Source: Longimicrobiales bacterium (GTDB lineage: Bacteria > Gemmatimonadota > Gemmatimonadetes > Longimicrobiales > Gaopeijiaceae). Taken from it: DNA of 64,000 bases. The translations under genes and the position numbers were made by a program. This document shows positions 60,615 to 64,000 of this stretch, piece by piece (position 1 is the stretch's first letter; every line of letters starts with the position of its first letter). The stretch covers positions 3,136,001 to 3,200,000 of the forward strand of contig OZ241869.1 in the NCBI GenBank assembly GCA_965202805.1. Reading direction: 5' to 3'. The notes below the pieces were generated by a model that was not told the DNA's origin, did not search any database, and worked only from the letters and a program-made list of their open reading frames with translations.

Positions 60615-60645
60615 AAGTTAAACCCTGACGTTACGTCAGGGTCAA
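60615..60645 (-). promoter_or_regulatory. MerR-type promoter (-35 TTGACC, 19-bp spacer, -10 TAACTT) with dyad operator
   Basis: Perfect dyad ACCCTGACGT-T-ACGTCAGGGT at 60622-60642 overlapping the spacer; ATG 6 nt after the -10. Confidence 0.85.
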
Positions 60646-60885
60646 GGGGGGCGGAAATCAAGGCAAGGAATCGTCCAAGTTGAACTGGGACTGCACGATC
60701 TGCCGTCCTTGCCGATAGGCCGTGTCCAATCCCACTGGGCCGAAATAGCGGGGAAATCGGGTCGAATGGCGGGAAAGCGAACGCCACGAAACTGGTAGAA
60801 GAGCCCTCTCAAGCGGTAGCCCAAACAGGCGGACAAGTCCGACAAGGATGCCCATCCGAAGGAACGTGTGCACGCACAGCTAGGA

Positions 60886-61746
60886 TTAGTGCCAGCGAAT
60901 CGACGCCGATCCGGTGTCCGTGGGGAGGATCATCCAACGAGGGGCAATCAGGAGTTCGCCTCCTCGCCTGCGGCTGGACGCCGAGTAACGGAGAGAATAG
61001 GACCTGACCGTCGCCCACTCCTCGTAGAGCGCTCGCACTTCCGCGCAGTCGTCGTAGGTCAGGACCCACGGTCTGTCGTCCATCGTCCGCAGAACCTGAG
61101 CGAGCCGCGCATGATACGGGGCATCAAGGGCATTCAGGTACAGCGTAGGTCCTTTCCCGAAGTACGGCGGATCGATGAAGAAGAACGTGCCAGCGTCCGC
61201 AAGACTCCGAACGAAATCGATCCCGTCCAGCGCGGAGATGTGGATCCTCGACGCCTGCCGAGCGACTCGTTGACAGCGCTCCACTAGACCCTGCCGGTTG
61301 AAACGAGCGTCAAGGCGCCACTTCCCGGTTTGCCCGATTCCGCCGATTGGACCCCCGTTGCGGATAATCCCAGAGCGATTACAGCGGTTCAGGTAGAACG
61401 CTGCGAACGCCCGTTCCAGCCGTGAGGCCGAGCTAGGATCACGGTAGATCGCCCGCTGGCGGAGCCATTCGTCTATCGTGAGCGGCGCGGTATGGATCAT
61501 CTCCGAGAACTGGTCGATCCGCTCCAGGACCGCCCACCAGATATCCGAAACAGCTTCATCGACATCGTTGATGTGGACTGCCGGTGCCTCCCGACGAAAC
61601 AACAGCGTCAACGCCGCACCAGCGCCACCCGCATACGGTTCGGCGAAATCCCGATCTCGAAGTCGATTGGCGACGCGTACGCGGTTCAGGAGCCCCGCCA
61701 TCGTGGACTTCCCTCCCGGATACCGTAGAGGGCTAGCGGTCCCCAT
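60886..61746 (-). CDS. D12-class (Dam-like) N6-adenine DNA methyltransferase
   Basis: PLRYPGGKS, EPYAGGAG (motif I), IND, FYLNRCNRSG, FIDPPY (motif IV), LTYD. Confidence 0.92.
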   Translation of the reverse strand: MGTASPLRYPGGKSTMAGLLNRVRVANRLRDRDFAEPYAGGAGAALTLLFRREAPAVHINDVDEAVSDIWWAVLERIDQFSEMIHTAPLTIDEWLRQRAIYRDPSSASRLERAFAAFYLNRCNRSGIIRNGGPIGGIGQTGKWRLDARFNRQGLVERCQRVARQASRIHISALDGIDFVRSLADAGTFFFIDPPYFGKGPTLYLNALDAPYHARLAQVLRTMDDRPWVLTYDDCAEVRALYEEWATVRSYSLRYSASSRRRGGELLIAPRWMILPTDTGSASIRWH

Positions 61747-61838
61747 ATCGCGCCAATCCTACCAAGGAGCCATCGTCGGCGCGTGGTCGCCGGTTTGCCG
61801 ACCTGAAACCAGCCGCCCGGAGCCCTCCCCAACGGATT

Positions 61839-62780
61839 CTAGTCGGCGTCAAGGGCGTGCCTGGCTTGCAGTGAGACCCCGATCCACTCTCGGAGCCGCT
61901 CGTCAAGTTGACTGTCCATGGCATCCGAACATAGCGCTGAGATACGGCATCGGTCGAGCAGGATCTGATCGGTCCCCGCGTCGCTCGCGTCCGGTTCCGA
62001 CAAGGCCCTTGGGACGAAGAACGCGGGAATCGGGTCCACGGCGACCGGTCCGGCGAAGTTCCGCTTGCACCAGCGTCCGGGTTGAAGTTCGTGTGTCTTC
62101 GTCTTCCAATGCTGGCCGACCGCGCACTGGCCAAACAGTATCAGTTTCGAGGCTCTCCGGTCTGGGAATTCCTTCCACGCCACGACATCGAGGCCATCGT
62201 CCTTGCTCTGGCTCAGGTTCTCGCGATCCGCGCATGCCTTCCCCTCCCGCAAGAGATTGGCCAAGTGGGCGACCGCGTCACGGAAGCCTGCCGGAAGGTC
62301 ACGCCGCGGCGCTCCGAACACCACTGCCGTCCTACTGTCACCGAGGTATCGACCGGCAGCCGTGGCGCTCAACTCCTCGAAAAGCTTGTAGACCGTGGTT
62401 CCATCTTGGTGGTCATCCGTGAAGCCAAGAGACACGAGCAACTGAAACAGGTAGGGCGAAGGGTGGCCACGAAGCTGAAGCCCATGTTGGCTGATATCAA
62501 ACGGGTAGGCGTCACCCGGTCCGCACGCTTGAGCCCTGTCGCCAAGGGCTTGGATCCACTCGTCCAGTAGCGTCTCGAATGGCTCAATGTCTCGCCATCC
62601 TGCCTCGGGCGGTTCCCTCCCGCGCTCCGAGTAGGTCGCGGTCGCTTCCTCCTCGGAGACCGTACGCCGGAGTTGTCCGATCACGTCGGCCCAAGCGAGG
62701 TAGCCTGAGGAGTCCGCCAAGCAGGTCCACTCCAGGCGATCGGCAGCGTCCTCGACCGCCAGGCTCGTGTCCGCGGTCAA
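61839..62780 (-). CDS. Putative Mrr-like PD-(D/E)XK nuclease-fold protein
   Basis: LFEEL ... KDDGLDVVAW ... LFGQCA ... ILLDR matches the Mrr-type E..D..QxK core, with Lys replaced by Ala; TTG start overlaps the upstream TGA. Confidence 0.6.
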   Translation of the reverse strand: MTADTSLAVEDAADRLEWTCLADSSGYLAWADVIGQLRRTVSEEEATATYSERGREPPEAGWRDIEPFETLLDEWIQALGDRAQACGPGDAYPFDISQHGLQLRGHPSPYLFQLLVSLGFTDDHQDGTTVYKLFEELSATAAGRYLGDSRTAVVFGAPRRDLPAGFRDAVAHLANLLREGKACADRENLSQSKDDGLDVVAWKEFPDRRASKLILFGQCAVGQHWKTKTHELQPGRWCKRNFAGPVAVDPIPAFFVPRALSEPDASDAGTDQILLDRCRISALCSDAMDSQLDERLREWIGVSLQARHALDAD

Positions 62781-63838
62781 GGCTCGTCGCGCGTCATGAG
62801 AGTCTTGAGTGACTCGGCCTGCCGAAGGAGGCTATTCACCGTTTCCACCAATTCTTCCTCGCCTTTGAACCCAGTCGAGACAAAGAGCATGGCCTCCCTC
62901 GCGCTGGCCTCGGCCTTGGTGAGTGCAGCCCGGAAAAGGTGGGCGTCGCCGAGTGAAGCGTCGAGCGCCACCGAAAGCGAGCTTCCGCTCTCCAGCAAGT
63001 CTATGCCCTTCTGCACCTCAAGAGTCCGCGCAAGGCGACGAAGGTCCGGGTTCTGGCGGCGAACCGTCGCGTCGATGTTCTCTGACTGGCTCCCGAAGAG
63101 CCATCGCATGAGGTATCCCAATTGCCGCAGGTGGCTTGGGGGAACCGGGTTTTCGTTCTCCAGCGCGTCGGGGTCGACTCCTAGGTACTTCCTGATGGAC
63201 ACATAGCCGAGCGCGGTCCACAGGTGGGAAAAAGGGAATCGTTTGTGCTGGGCGTCGGTCGTATCGAAATCGAGCTGCTCCTGTGCCTGCCGGAGGACCA
63301 CATATCCTCGGTACAGGCGCGCCACCGTCTCGTGGCGGTCTCCGATCCCCGACGCGATCTCAGCGAGACTCACGCCGAAGTCCCGCCGGACGCCAAACAC
63401 GTAATCCGCCTTGGCGATGGAATCCCAAGCCTGCGGGCCGTTGACGTGCTTGAAGCCAACGAAACCCCAAAGCTCCTCTCTTGTCGCGTGAATCACCGGG
63501 AGCTCTCGGATTGATTCCAGCACCGCCTCTGATGGATGTTCCTTGAGCGCGATACTGAGCCGCTCCCGTAGATGAGCATCCGAGAGGATCTTGACGGCCG
63601 CGAGCCGTCGGTTGCCCTCGACTACGACGAGACGACCGTCCTCCTCGGTCGCGAAGAGCTCCTCATGCTGCCAGAAACCGTTCGCCAGAATGGAGTCGAC
63701 CAGCTCGTTCACCGACTTGTTTCGCCAGAGCCAGAGCAGGATATCGTCCTGCTTTTCGACAGAGAGTCCTTCGTCCGCAAGCCGCGGGTTCGCGGGATCG
63801 AGGTACAGCTCGGCTGGGGCGTAACCAACGACCGCCAA
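62777..63838 (-). CDS. ParB/Sulfiredoxin-like N-terminal domain protein
   Basis: LDPANPR, ELVDSILANGF, VVEGNRRLAA (GxxRxxA nucleotide motif), then a helical/HTH-like region; SD AAAGGA before TTG. Confidence 0.75.
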   Translation of the reverse strand: MAVVGYAPAELYLDPANPRLADEGLSVEKQDDILLWLWRNKSVNELVDSILANGFWQHEELFATEEDGRLVVVEGNRRLAAVKILSDAHLRERLSIALKEHPSEAVLESIRELPVIHATREELWGFVGFKHVNGPQAWDSIAKADYVFGVRRDFGVSLAEIASGIGDRHETVARLYRGYVVLRQAQEQLDFDTTDAQHKRFPFSHLWTALGYVSIRKYLGVDPDALENENPVPPSHLRQLGYLMRWLFGSQSENIDATVRRQNPDLRRLARTLEVQKGIDLLESGSSLSVALDASLGDAHLFRAALTKAEASAREAMLFVSTGFKGEEELVETVNSLLRQAESLKTLMTRDEP

Positions 63839-64000
63839 GGCGAATCATCCTTTCTGGAGAGGAGCCGTGAACCGGAGCGGTACCGGAAAGCCGACGCTGG
63901 TATCCGCAGCACCGCCCTTCAGTTTGCGTGTTCAGAGGACTCGTGGCTACCCCAACCGTGGATCCGACCCGCCACTTCCCTCAGTGGAACCGCGTCTCGC

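Noticed and set aside
60650..60885. Attachment site, tRNA or IS end bounding the putative defence cassette
   Set aside because: No cloverleaf, terminal inverted repeat, direct repeat or integrase could be identified; the other boundary may lie outside the window
62777..63838. Chromosome-partitioning ParB
   Set aside because: No adjacent ParA/Soj, divergent sequence (LDPxNPR, EGNRR) and operonic link to nuclease-like and MTase genes

Overview
High-GC bacterial chromosomal segment. Gene content and style (TolB-like/TPR membrane protein, GWxTD protein, many secreted peptidases) suggest Gemmatimonadota; this is inference, not verified. It is mostly housekeeping and metabolic genes: DEAD-box helicase, two S9 peptidases, GGT-like enzyme, D-aminoacylase, typA, class-V aminotransferase plus serA, DmpA peptidase, cyoE, thiolase/hbd/enoyl-CoA hydratase, rpsU, ssb and recF-dciA-PHP-gyrB. 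It also carries an envelope operon centred on a PorX-like REC-PglZ protein next to msbA/lpxL-like genes, a MoxR/DUF58/DUF4350/DUF4129/RDD-SpoIIM cluster, two toxin-antitoxin pairs (AbiE, VapBC), and a TipA-type MerR regulator with a textbook 19-bp-spacer operator-promoter. The best candidate for an undescribed system is a compositionally distinct three-gene cassette at the right end: ParB/Srx-like NTPase-fold protein, Mrr-like PD-(D/E)XK protein and D12-class adenine methyltransferase, i.e. a possible RM-like defence system. No rRNA, tRNA, CRISPR array, transposase or integrase was recognised. Product calls come from motifs read by eye; no searches were run.
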